A stretch of 64,000 bases of DNA from Azolla caroliniana (lineage: Eukaryota > Plantae > Polypodiophyta), in the NCBI GenBank assembly GCA_043228905.1, contig JBHGNT010000022.1:2170001-2234000 (forward strand), given 5' to 3'. A program made the translations under genes and the position numbers. Numbering within the stretch: position 1 is the first letter of the stretch; each line of letters starts with the position of its first letter. Under the pieces are notes generated by a model. It worked only from the letters and a program-made list of their open reading frames with translations. It was not told where the DNA came from and ran no database searches. Positions 49,825 to 62,401 of this stretch are shown here, piece by piece.

Positions 49825-51878
49825 TTGGCCGGAAAAGTATTCTTTCCCGCCATCCGACCACAGGCACTTGATCTTCCTCTCCATTTCCCATTCAACCAAG
49901 CTTTGAAGGTTTCGGAAACACTCGAAGACTTCGCTCTTCCTTTCGATGAGGTAGATCCACGTGTGCCAGCTGTAGTCGTCGATGAAGGAGATGAAATACC
50001 GACTCCGGCCAAGACTAACGTTTTGTGCCGGTCACCATACATCCAAATGGATTAAATCGAGCTTGTTATGGCTCCGGTTTCGGTCGGTGGGGAATGGAAG
50101 CTGGTGTTGCTTCTCGAGTTGGCAGGCTTCAATAATTTTGGCCTTCCGGCCGCTAAATTTCGGCAAACCGAAAACAACTTGTTTCGATTGCAGGTTTTGA
50201 AGCCTCCGATAATTGACGTTCCGGTTTCTCCAGAAAGGAGAACCACTCTTCATGGCTCGTCATGTGGTTGGACGCTCCGGAATCAACGTACCATACTTCC
50301 TCCGATTTGGAAGTACTCTTCTTCATCAAGTTAGCCTTGTGTTTCATCACGAAGGCTGGACCTTTATAGGTTTTCCCAGGTTCTGGATCCTTCTGATCCT
50401 TCCATGTAGTGTGAGCTTTGTTGATTCTCCCAACCGGTTTTGCTGGATCCGGATTTGTCCGAATCGGCGCGCTTCTTCCAGCACTCGCTTTCCCTATGGC
50501 CCTTTTTGCCACAATACCAGCATTCCGTCTTGGCCTTTCATTGCCAGTTCCCAGGGCCGCTTTGACTCCCCCTGCTTGTGGAGGGTCCGGAACTATTGTT
50601 GGCACCTCCTATGTGCCTTTGGTCCTGCTCTTGGCGGCCACCTTCATTGCGTGCCGACCCACCTCATCCACCACGTCCATGGGGCCGATCTATCTCTATG
50701 TACAGCATTCGGCCATCCAATTGAGTGGTTCTGGACCCACTCGCATGGTTTTCTTCGACCATCAGCATCGATTGCAAGTCGAAGAAGGAAGGTGGTTTCT
50801 CCCGGGTGCAGATCGTTGTCCGGATTGGCCCGTACCTTTGCGCTAGACCACCGAGGAAGATTTGTACCATCTCGTCTTCTTCCACCATCACGTTGATGGA
50901 CCTGAGTGTGTCGCAAATCTCCTTTATCTTGGTGGTGTAGTCCATAACCAACATGTTTCTTTGCCGGATGTTGTTCAGCTCTTGCCGGAGCTACAACTTA
51001 CGAGTTGTGGTACTTGCGGCGAAAATCTTCCTTAGATTTTCCCAGGCCTCCTTCGGCGTCTTTGCATCCTTGATGTAGCTGAGCATTTGATCATGCACAC
51101 CGGACACGAGACAGTACAGTACCCAACTCGCTCCCTGCTCCCATACCGGGAAGTCTTTTGTGACGGCTCTGGTGCTACTTCATTTGTTCCTTCCATGAAG
51201 CTCCAATACCCATGCCCCAGCAGGTACTAGTGCATTTTATATGACCAAGACGCGTAGTTGCTCCAGTCGAGCTTCTCTGTTGGAAGCGAACTCGCCATTC
51301 TACTGTCCATGTCTCCTCTCTGTCTATTGTTGCCGGGTTCTAGGGTTCGTCTACGAAAGCAAGCATCGGTTGTAGAGGTTCTCAACCCTCGCGCTCTGAT
51401 ACCATGTGAATGTTAATGTGCGGAAGCGTCAAACAAAACCGGCTGAGCCGGATAGCAACAGAAAAATGAGATGAAGGTTTAATGGAAAAGCTTAAAACAC
51501 AGAGGAGATAGCGAGAGAGAGAGCGCAGAACGTAAACGTAGATTCAAAATAAAACACTCTGTAAAACTCTGTACATACAACGTGCTATAATAGCACTATT
51601 TATACAAGTCCATAAAGGACGGACAGAAGTACGGACAGGTACTTCAATGCTCACACGTGCGAATGACACTAACTACAAGACAATGATTACCTAGTAGTCT
51701 AGGCTACTACTAGGCTTCCAATTCCTGCTCGGATCCGGCTCCCCGATCCGGCCTGTTGTTTCCGGATACCGATCCGGCCTGTTGTTTCCAGATACCGATC
51801 CGGCTCATCCTTCCGGATGTCAATCCAGCTCAGGCTTATTCAGCCGATTTGGATCCAGTTGAGCTTGCTCGCTCAATA
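49825..51878 (-). mobile_element. 5' part of a Ty1/copia element (same family as 10994-21997); LTR 51405-51878
   Basis: PBS at 51393-51404; gag, Zn knuckle, WYVDSGASNH, and partial INT with an internal deletion near 50220. Confidence 0.9.
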
Positions 51879-52149
51879 GTTTATATAGCATGCTTTGGAT
51901 ACATGCATGCTTACCACCTCATAGGCACGCATGCTCGCCATTTGTCATTCATGCAAGCATGCCACTTGGTAATCATGCGTTAGCCTATGCGATGGCGTCG
52001 TTTCATACTATTATATATGTTTCTTCTAATATAAGAATTTACAATTTAATAAATATGATATAATGTATCCTAGTGGTTGAAGCTATACATCATCTTTGAG
52101 GAGTTCATGGGTTCAAATCTCTATCAAGACTTAGAGTTTTGGTATATGT

Positions 52150-52790
52150 TCATGACAGTAGCCAGCCCATCGGCATTAGTGTACCCTTCGAGTCGAATTG
52201 GTGCAGCCGAGTTGTAGAGGATGTCATAATCCATAACCCCACTCACATACCTTAGGACTCGCTTAGCACACTCAAGATGAATGTCTCACGTAGTCTGCAT
52301 GAACTGGCTAAGGAGGTCGACCGAGTAACTCAAGTCGAGTCGGGTAATGGTGAGGTAGATTAGGCTTCCGACTAAATGACGATAAAAAGTCGGTTCACAC
52401 TCTCTTGTGCCTGAGTCAACGTCTAGCTTTAGATTTCGATCGAGAGGGGTAGTGACGGGCTTACATTGTGTCATCCCAAACTTGTAAAGAAGATTGAGGA
52501 TATAGTGCCTTTGAGAAAGCATTTCATTTTGAATTAGTTGGAGAGGAACTTCTTGATGTGCTCAATATCTACTAAATGCCCTACCCCTATGACCAAGTCA
52601 TCCACATAAATGATGATAAATACCTATCCTCTGGAGTCGCTCTGGATGAACAAAGAGTTTTTGGACTTGGACATGTTGAAGCTGATTTGATGAAGATATT
52701 GGGTTATCTTCGAGTGTCAAGCTCTAGGTGCTTGCTTGAGGCCGTAGAGAGGCTTTTTGAGTCGACATACCGCTTGTGGGTGAGTAACTA
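52150..52790 (-). pseudogene. Copia reverse transcriptase fragments
   Basis: KSLYGLKQAPRA, IIIYVDDLVI and YRHLVGSLIYLTITRLDLSYSV on the minus strand. Confidence 0.85.
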
Positions 52791-52953
52791 GATGATCGTT
52801 ACATTTTTGAGACATGATCTACAAAGGAGGGAGATAAATATCATTAGTATCCATAAGAGATAGAATGTGATTTGTATCGAGCCAATAATAAGACCCTTTA
52901 ACTTTGGTTCTCTCCACCTTTATGACCTTGTTGCAATTGTGTAAACCATCAAT

Positions 52954-52954
<1 letters not shown>

Positions 52955-53016
<62 letters not shown>
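52955..53016. repeat. Compound (AG)n(TG)n microsatellite
   Basis: Directly visible. Confidence 0.95.
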
Positions 53017-53018
<2 letters not shown>

Positions 53019-54976
53019 GACGTGCAGGATAATTACGTTATTTGAGCATGTGAAAATTCTCTACTTTGCCAAGGTGTTCTTTTTGCATATCGGTGCATCA
53101 ACATCTTCAACTACCTTGTAATAGCAACACTAATAGTGTTTTTCACATGCAAATAATACAATCACATTGTGAGATAGTCTAGTTTTTTGACCATTTCAAA
53201 ATATTGAAATATGAGTATTTTTACCACCCTAGATAGGAAATAAAATAGTAGTACAAATCAGTCGTACATACCACAAAGATGAACTCATTCAAGGTACATC
53301 GATATTGTGGCATTAATTTCATTAAAAAATTGTATTTTCTCTCATGACTCTCTCTCTCTCACTCACACACACTGGCACATTGGCACATTTGTCATATCTA
53401 GTAGAACTTTAGATTAGAAGAGGTCTATGGTAAAATATGGGGAAGGATCATGCCCACGGGTGAATCAATGAATTATGATTCTATTATTTGTTTTTTAGTT
53501 GATAACCACAAGATGAGGGAGAACGAGTCCTCCTCTGACCTTTACCAAGTATCATGAAAATACTTTTTTAACATAGACTCATAATTTTGAATTCAACTCC
53601 TTTTTTAAGAGAACAAACCCGCAATGATAATTTGCACTATGAAAGATGATTGGACTACACGCCATACAAATTTACGCTTATCCAACAATATGCTACATCT
53701 TGTGGTATTATTCATATGTTTGTTCTCAAGTTGTGAGTAGTCATATTTTGAACTTCACTTTTTCGATTGATTCTTTTGTTCCTGTTGCACTTCTCTAGGC
53801 AAGAGTATTTGATTTGATTTCTTATGGCCCAAAGCATGTCCATGTTTTTGTCCAAATGAGAGGCTTGTGAAATTAGAAGTTGAATCAAGAAGAAAGTTAT
53901 TGCTAAGAATTTCATTAGTTCAATCATGTGCTATATCTGACATAAGCACCCAACATTAAGTAGGAAACTAGACTAATTTCCAAAGTTGTTCTCACCAAAT
54001 ATAAAGGAAAAATGGAGAAATCTTTACTTGAGTGGTTAAGAATGATTGACTTGACTACATGATCTCGTAATTTCCACATTTAAAAATGCTAATAGCTTTT
54101 TAACAACTCTGGATAAATTAAAATATCATGATAAAATATCGTTTAGGTTAGTATTATTGAGGATGACTCATTGACACCTTCTAATGTCTCATTGAATCAA
54201 TACTACTCGAAACATAATTCACTTGGATTTATTCATAAACCACCACATCACCTCACAAGACTTGAGTAGCATTCATGGTAACAACATTTAGACATTTGGG
54301 GTGCTATGTGAGCACAATTAAACGAAGTGCGGAATTACTAAACCACATGATGAACAATGACATGTTTTGAGAAATTTGGGCAAGGAATCAAGGGGTACTG
54401 TGCAATAAGAAATACCAATATTATTCTTTTAGGCCTTTCAAATTTTGGATGGATGCTTAGACGTGTAATAATATGTAGGCTTGTTAGACTTTTAAGGAGA
54501 AGTTAGAGGTGTAATAATAACTAGCACAATCATTTCAGACTTTTTCGGACAGAAGTTAAAGGTGTAATAATAATAAGGCATAAGTTTACCCTAGGCTTCT
54601 GGTGAGACAAAAATTGGAGGTGAAAATTAAGTAACATGATTATTCTACACCTTTTCTAGACACAAGTTAGAGATGCAACATTAAGTAAGAAGATTATATG
54701 TTAGACAATGTAAAATGAAGCATATTCGAAGACATCATACTTGTGAAATCATAAACCCCCAACAATAAAAGCACATACATGCATGCAGACACACTTTTTT
54801 AGCAAAGTTGACACATACGTAAACAAGTGGAGGGAGGACAAGGAATTCGACGAGGGAATATCTTACCAAGATACAAAAGAAAGAGGAGAAGGAAGAAATA
54901 AATAAAACACCATTTCCAATATCCATTATTATAATAAAATATATATTTCCTTACACAATTGTTGATGACTTAAGAG

Positions 54977-55417
54977 TAACAATCGGCAACGGTTCGGTTG
55001 AACCGAAATGAACAGCAAAACCGTGACTTAACGGTTCAGGTTCAAGTTTTCTTTAACGCTTCGGTTTCGGTTCAGTCTGGTTTGGGGGGTGAATGGTTTG
55101 GTATTAACTGTTTGAAACCACAGTTTTAACGGTTTGATGGTTTTTTCATTTTTTAAATTTTTTTTTATAAATAACCTTTTTATTTTTAAGCGTAATTCTC
55201 ACATTTTAGGAAAAATTTTAAATTTTGAATTTTGACCTAAGTTGAAGCCGAAACCGAACTCGGAAACCGTGGTTCTAGCGGTTTAATGGGGTTTGGATTT
55301 CTACCTAACAATTTCGTGGTTCGGTTCAGTTTAGGTTTCAAAAGTTTTAAACGATTCGGTTTCAAACCGGTTTGGTTTGGACAGCCTCAAACCGAACCGA
55401 ACCATTGCCGAATGTTA
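54977..55417. mobile_element. hAT-type MITE
   Basis: TIRs TAACAATCGGCAACGGTTCGGTT / AACCGAACCATTGCCGAATGTTA. 8-bp TSD CTTAAGAG (54969-76, 55418-25). Many subterminal AACCG/CGGTT motifs. Confidence 0.88.
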
Positions 55418-58400
55418 CTTAAGAGAAAGATATGATAGACAAGTATGATACCCCTCCCCAATCATGAAATAGTGTAGTGAAAGACAACTCTACCTGTATT
55501 ATTTGAAGCCTTGAAGGAAACAAGACACCAAATCATAGTGAATATGTGTGAACTCGTGCCATGTATTCACATGTTTAGAGACGAAAACCACAAGGATGAA
55601 ACCTTAATGCAAGTCCAATTCAATGCTAACATAGTCTTAATGAATGTTTAGACTATGTAATAAAATCCATACGAGAAAAAAGGAAGTTAATCCATATGAT
55701 ATGTTGCAAAATAGAGCAAGATCAGGCAAAAAGCCATAATAGGATATGTTAGGTTGTCATGACATGAAGAAATCAGAAGCCAATCAATACAACCACAAAC
55801 AAACTCTCCTCTAAGAAATATAGTTATATTTGTCTTCCACATATCACACATAGGACTGCTCACAAGAAAGAGGATTTGATCTTTAAGTTTAACTTTTGAA
55901 AGTTCATTGAGCTCAAGAAAGTGAACTATTTTAACAATACCCAAGTAAAGGGCAAGGGTATGGACAATTAAGACACATATTCCCAGTTAATAGGAGACAA
56001 CCTTTATGTCATGATCCAAAACTACCCAAATTGTTGAATTGTATGTTGTAGCTAGAAATTGAACATTTGCAAGCCAATTAAGCTATTGTATGGGGATGAG
56101 AACGGTACTAACACAAAAAACTCAACTAATAAATGCTAAGATCTCTCCAATATGTAAAATGACCTAGAACATTTGATGGATGCGGTTCGCTAAGGTCTTG
56201 CCTAGCGCATACTTGACAACCAATTGGCCACGTCAAGAAAATGCCCAACTTTGATTTGGTGACCCAACTATAGCCAACTATTAAGATTTCTAATGGAACC
56301 AAGCGTATATGAACGTCATGCCAATCAATGTGTCAATTTATTGAAGATCTTTTGTCATCAATCTTCTCTAGGTGAAAGTGTGCTGAGATGAAGAACACAA
56401 GAATAGAGAACCTCAGGAGTGGACACCAATCATCATCATTTGCAACAATGTGACTAGGTTCATACATTCTCATGAAGGAACGTGCCTAGGTTCATACATT
56501 CTCATGAATTATCTGATGGGTATGAAAAGGTGTTAACAAAGGTATATGAATATTCACCGGAAATTATGCCTTTGTAACTTTACACTTGTGGTTGAGGTCT
56601 AAGTATTTAGAACACTATCAAATAACCTCTTGATAATGAATACGTGCATGTGAATAATAATGTGCGCTTTTCGCAAATATTACTTACCCTTGGATCTTGG
56701 TGGGGCATTACTCCAATCTTTCTTATTCTTTTCTTGTTAATTTATTTTGTTTTCGTACATGTTGATACTTGAAGTTTGTAAATCTTGTTCTTCCTACTTT
56801 TGTGTTAATTGTCTATGATTTCTTTTCTTAGTAGAAAAATATCAATTTCACCCCTCGTATTTTATGGGTAAATATTGACTTCAATTGTTCTTGGTTCTAT
56901 TAATATTGCCATATATATACCCATCCATAGTCAAAGTTTTTTGTTGTTATTTTCCTTAGTGTAAACGAAGGGTTGACAAAATGAAATACTTTATTGAATC
57001 CAATCATAATAACCATAAACAATTTGAATGGGATGAATAATTGTATATGATTGAACTTTACGAATTGATTCCATGTGAATGAAAAGGCAAAAAACGTTCA
57101 TTGAGGAGATACAGTTTTCTCGTTTTTGCATGTTATTTGTGACATTTATTAACAAGGATGTTTACAAAACCACAATGGACAAGAAAACAGAATTTTGTAA
57201 TGATAGAACTAGGATGTTTTCGTAGCAACTTTTTCAGTTGTTGTATCTCATTTCTTTATTGATGCAACCCTAAGTTAGGTTTCTCACGTTTGAGATTTGT
57301 TACAAGTAAATATGTTGTTTTGTTATTGTATCTCAATTTTTTAAAGGTGCGACATTCCTCATGTAAAAAATGGGCACCTTGTATTTCTTCCTATGAAATG
57401 CAAGGACATAAGATGTCCGTTCAATGCATATAAATGTAACATAATATACTTCCTCTTGTTCAAATATCCAGTTTTGAGTTTGACCAATTACATTTGCTTC
57501 AGGTCCATATGAGTTGGTTGTGCTCCACTATCTACATATGTGTATCCTCTACTTGGAAAAGAACATGTCTAATTCTATATTTACATTGGATGTTTCCTTT
57601 CTTTATATATATACACTTGTCTGGATGATGCCTTCTTTTACAGTCTCATTTAAAAATCTGAAGGTTTTTAACTTTTCAACAGGAGAAAGAAAACTTGCCC
57701 TTTATTATTATTATTTTCTTCTCATCCACATGTATTCATGCTCTCCCAAGAGCCGATGTCTCCCAAATGCATTGCATATGTACTACACAAAAGCTATATG
57801 AAGTTGTTAATCTATGAGTTAATGTTGTTCACCTACTTCTGGTTATTGATAAGTCAATTCAACACCTAAGTTACTCATTGTTGAAGGGGTCGCAAATACT
57901 CTTATTAATTATGTTAACGAGAGAGACAATATTCTGTTTTTGATGACCACTTCTAAAAAGCAACACAAAAACTTTTGTTTAGTCATTTTTCGCCTATCTA
58001 CACCCAAGACAAGTAGAATATAAACTTTCAATTAGTCATTATTTGCCCATCTACTCCAATAGATGTTTCTCTATCAAAGTTTGGACTTTATAGTTTTCCT
58101 TTGATCAATATTTATGGTGGTTCACTATTTTTTTTATCTCTACTAATACTGCTACTATTACCACCACCACCAATTCTTCTCTCTCTCTCTCTCTCTTCTT
58201 AGGAAGGAGTCACGTACAAGATGATATGTTAATTTGGTCCCATAGGTCAAATTTGGCCACATCATGGACGATTCTATTCTATCCATACACACCTCCTTAC
58301 ACACATTTCTCCTTCTATCACAAAGTGCGCACTCTCAATTGTAACAATCATTAATAAATATCTTTGAATATCGAGAATGACTTATTGAGCTCCATACACA

Positions 58401-60342
58401 TTACTCGAAAAAATTATACTTTTGTTTCTATGGGTTCTACTAACATTTGAGGCCAAGTAATAAAATCCATTTCTCTATCTACCTTTACTTGATTATCCTA
58501 AAAGGCAACGTGTCATGTTGTGTTGTGGATGGGTAATGCCGCCACGTTTTTCTTTTGACATGTTACAAGGTTTGACATTAATTAAGCTAACATCCTTCGC
58601 ATAAACAATTGTTTTCAATAATTAAGAGGTAACACCAATGCACCCCACATATTTAGTATGTTCTTAATTTAATAATGCCCATGTAGGAATATACATGTGC
58701 ATACACACATGCATGCATGACTTCCCCATGTTGGTATGTTGTTGGTGGCATAATTCATGCTGAGTTGAAAGAAAATGTTCACATTGAATGCCAAGCAAAT
58801 TTGGAAGTGCACACAAGTATATGATAGGTGAAGGCCGGTCTAAACCATTTGGAAGTGAGCAACGTGACCACTATTTCTGCACTAATAATATGATTTACAG
58901 TGAAATCTATGAGTATTAATCTTCTTACCAAAATTCTCGCATTGGGTTTTATTGCTTTATTTCGTTAATTTACCTTATTTTTTCAAACGACTAGATCGTT
59001 TGCAGCCCAAAACCTAGAAATAATTGACAATGAGGGCCACGGTAAAGAGAACGACGAATACCTTAAAGGCCTTGTGAACGGGTCGAATATTAAAAAAATT
59101 GGAAATCAATGTTGACTAGATGGGTAAAGAATCTTATGAGGAAGAGTTTTAGGAATTCATAAAGACTATTCTACGAGACACTTTTTTTTGACAAGTTTAT
59201 GACTAGTATAAAACTAACTAGATTTCTATAGTTGACTATTTTGTAAGATACATTATCTCAGTTTTTTTAGAAATTAAATTAATGTTTGAATAGATTAGAC
59301 ACAAACAAACAAAGTTATAGTATAATATACATACTTGTAAATGAATCATGATTAAACAAGTTAGACACCATTTGTTACTTTCAAACTCTCCTAAGTTTGA
59401 GGATATACAACTAAACCTAAATACTATTTGATGTAATACACGTGCTCATGATAATTGACAACAACACCTAAATATCATCCATATGATAGATAGATTGGTT
59501 AGAATTTACATTTAGGGAATGTTGATGCCTTATCCTCGAAGGTTCGTTGCATGAGAATAACATCCAAAAGCAAGGAATTTCCCAATGCCTCACTAGAAGC
59601 TTGACAACGTCTTCTTTGAACATTTGCTGGGCAATGGTGGTAATGACTAGGGCATATGTTAGAAGAAATAATTGCGAAATTGATAGACCATAAAAGTAAT
59701 AGCCTTTATCAATGAGTTCGTTGTTGCGAAAGAAACCTTCGACATAACTCATAGAGAAAAAGGAGCGGAAGTTAAAGCGTAGCTCTCGCATTGGGTTTGT
59801 CAAGTCTAGATGGAGCGTGTAAATGGAAATCCATGCACGATATTAATGGTCAAGGTCGAACGGAAACAAGAAATGAAAGAGCAATACGAAACCGTTTGGT
59901 GGGCAAAATCAGGATAAGCAAGGGAAGATTTCAACCGGCAGTCTTAAATTAGGAAGACTTTCAACACAACACAATGTGAACATTCTGACTTCCGGGTTTG
60001 AGGAGGAATGTGTTGGGATGTTCAGGAGTGGGGCAGAGTGCGGAGACGAAATGCTTGTCTCAAGTTTCTCGAGGTAGGGGGGATGAGATGGACCCAACAC
60101 AGATGCCAGATTCATCGAAGTCTTGTGTGTCTCTTATAATTATTATTACATTACATATAGTAGGAGCAAAACCATGGTTTCTTTTGATGTATTTTGGGGT
60201 CTAGGGCCTTTGAAAGGCATTGAAAAAGAAGGAGAAGAAATGAGAAGAAAGAAGAAGAAGAAGAAGAGTAAAGCTTCAAAAGCCATGGAAGAAATGAAGA
60301 CATTTGTGTGTGTGTGTGTGTGTGTGATCTGTATAGATATGT

Positions 60343-60422
60343 GTACTTATGTACTACAGTGTTTTATATTGCATTGAATGTAGTACAAAGATGGAAGAGA
60401 GAGAGAAGAGAGAGATTGGTAC
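60343..60422. promoter_or_regulatory. Cluster of four GTAC cores (candidate SPL7/CuRE copper-response elements)
   Basis: GTAC at 60343, 60351, 60383 and 60419, about 370-450 bp upstream of the ZIP ATG. Confidence 0.5.
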
Positions 60423-60488
60423 TACACAGAGCAATCTGTGTCTTTAAGAGAGGTTCAAGGCTCAAATCTCAGAAATGCCATAGAAGGA

Positions 60489-60527
<39 letters not shown>

Positions 60528-60540
60528 CAGAAACAGAGAG

Positions 60541-60636
60541 AATCGCCCATCATTGATTCAAGGCGAGAAAGAGAAATCTGACAATCGCCCATCATTGATT
60601 CAAGGCAAGAAAGAGAAATCTGACAATCGCCCATCA
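60541..60636 (+). repeat. 2.3 x 42-bp tandem repeat upstream of ZIP
   Basis: AATCGCCCATCATTGATTCAAGGCRAGAAAGAGAAATCTGAC repeated. Confidence 0.9.
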
Positions 60637-60788
60637 AATCTTTAGTGCCTAATTGATTCTTCTCCCCCCCCCCCCCCCCAATATTCAATACAGAACAGAA
60701 AAAGGAAGCCGAAAGAAAGCAGATAAGAGAGAGAGAAAACAGAGAGAGATCCTTCTCATTCTCTGTCTGGTGTTGAAATATCTCACCC

Positions 60789-62401
60789 ATGGCCTCTCCT
60801 TCCCTCCCTCGCAACACAATTCTTCTCTCCTTCCTCGCCATAATCCTTTCTTCATTACTGTTGTTACCTCCATCTCTAGCTCATGGCGGAGCCAATGATG
60901 GAGATTCTTCGTCCACGGATACGCCCGACTTGAGATCGAAAAGCCTCATCCTCGTCAAGGTCTACTGCCTAATCATCGTGTTCTTCGCGACATTCTTTGC
61001 AGGGATCTCGCCGTGCTTTGTGAAATGGAACAATGGCCTCCTTGTCTTGGGCACTCAATTCGCGGGCGGGGTCTTCCTGGGCACTGCCACCATGCATTTT
61101 CTTAGCGATTCCAACGAGACATTCCAGGTTAAGACGGACAAGGAGTACCCATTTGCCTTCATGTTGGCTTGTGCAGGCTACCTCCTCACCATGCTTGGTG
61201 ATTGTGTCATCCAGTGGATCCTTGTCAAAGAATCTAAGTTTACTTTGCCATCTAAAGTGGATACTGAGAAAGGTAATTTAGGGTTTCTTTTTGTTTCCTT
61301 GTTCCCCTGTTTTCATAACATGCCTTTTCTTTCATCATCAAAATGATCTCTCATAGTCTCTTCAATAATCACATGTTTACAGTTGCAGAGGAAGGGGATC
61401 CAACATGCAAGGTATGTTATTTATGCATACTTCTCTCTGTCTTCTTCTTCTTCTTCTTCTTAATGTAGACCACTTTTTTTATGTGTGGAAGCATGAGACA
61501 AAAGTAGGGTCTTTCCTGACAAGGAGAAATAAAGAATAATGTCTAACACTTTGTTTCAATGAACATACCTGATATTTTGTCAAGTTTTGCTAACTTTATG
61601 TGTATCTTTTGATCCTTATATTATGTGTAGTGTGATGATGATTCCATCATCAACCCTGAGGCAAAGAATTTTGTGGTGGCAACCCTAGTGAGTAAGTCAT
61701 CTTTAACCGACACAATCCTCCTCATCGTGGCCCTCTGCTTCCACTCCGTTTTCGAGGGGATTGCCATTGGTGTTTCAGGTATACACATACAATCCAATCA
61801 TACTTATACCTATACATACCCATATCCATATCCATATCCATATCCATATCCATATACCTATACCTATACCTATACCTATACCTATACCTATACCTATACC
61901 TATACATGTGTAGGCCTAGATGTAGACATAGATACACCCATACACATCATATCTATTTTTTTTTTCCCTAGAAAGATCTAGAGAAGTTGAACAAAGGGAT
62001 TCTCTACAGGGAATGCCGCGGATGCATGGAGAGCGTTGTGGACAATTTCGCTTCACAAAGTCTTTGCCGCAGTAGCGATGGGCATCGCGCTGCTCCGAAT
62101 GATGCCAACTCGCCCCCTTCTTCAATGTGCCCTTTATTCTTTGGCATTTGGTATATCAAGTCCTATTGGTGTGGTAATTGGTATAATCATCGATTCAACG
62201 GCACAAGGCTCTGTTGCCGACTGGATCTATGCCATATCCATGGGCATTGCTTGTGGTGTGTTCATTTATGTGGCCATCAACCATTTGCTTGTCAAAGGGT
62301 ACACCCCTCAATGTAGGGTTAAGGTGGACACTCCATTCTATAAGTTTCTTGCTGTCACCCTTGGGGTTGGAGTTATTGCTGTAGTTATGATATGGGATTA
62401 A
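60789..62401 (+). CDS. ZIP2: ZIP-family Zn/Cu/Mn transporter (ZIP2/ZIP11 clade); join(60789-61272, 61383-61411, 61631-61778, 62010-62401), 350 aa
   Basis: Signal peptide; [61 protein letters not shown] and C-terminal VMIWD. GT-AG introns with consistent phases; 1053 nt in total. Confidence 0.93.
61805..61905. repeat. Compound hexamer microsatellite (CCATAT)n(ATACCT)n in ZIP intron 3
   Basis: Directly visible; it accounts for the YPYPYTYT read-through ORF. Confidence 0.95.

Noticed and set aside
49033-50055. 340-aa ORF
   Set aside because: It fuses the acidic repeat region of a Trp-group element to the antisense strand of a copia integrase at about 49824; an accidental read-through.
59468-59803. 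111-aa minus-strand ORF upstream of ZIP
   Set aside because: No recognisable motif or splice support.
61673-61981. ORF with a YPYPYTYT tail suggesting a novel ZIP C-terminus
   Set aside because: Read-through of the exon 3 donor (61778) into an intronic microsatellite.
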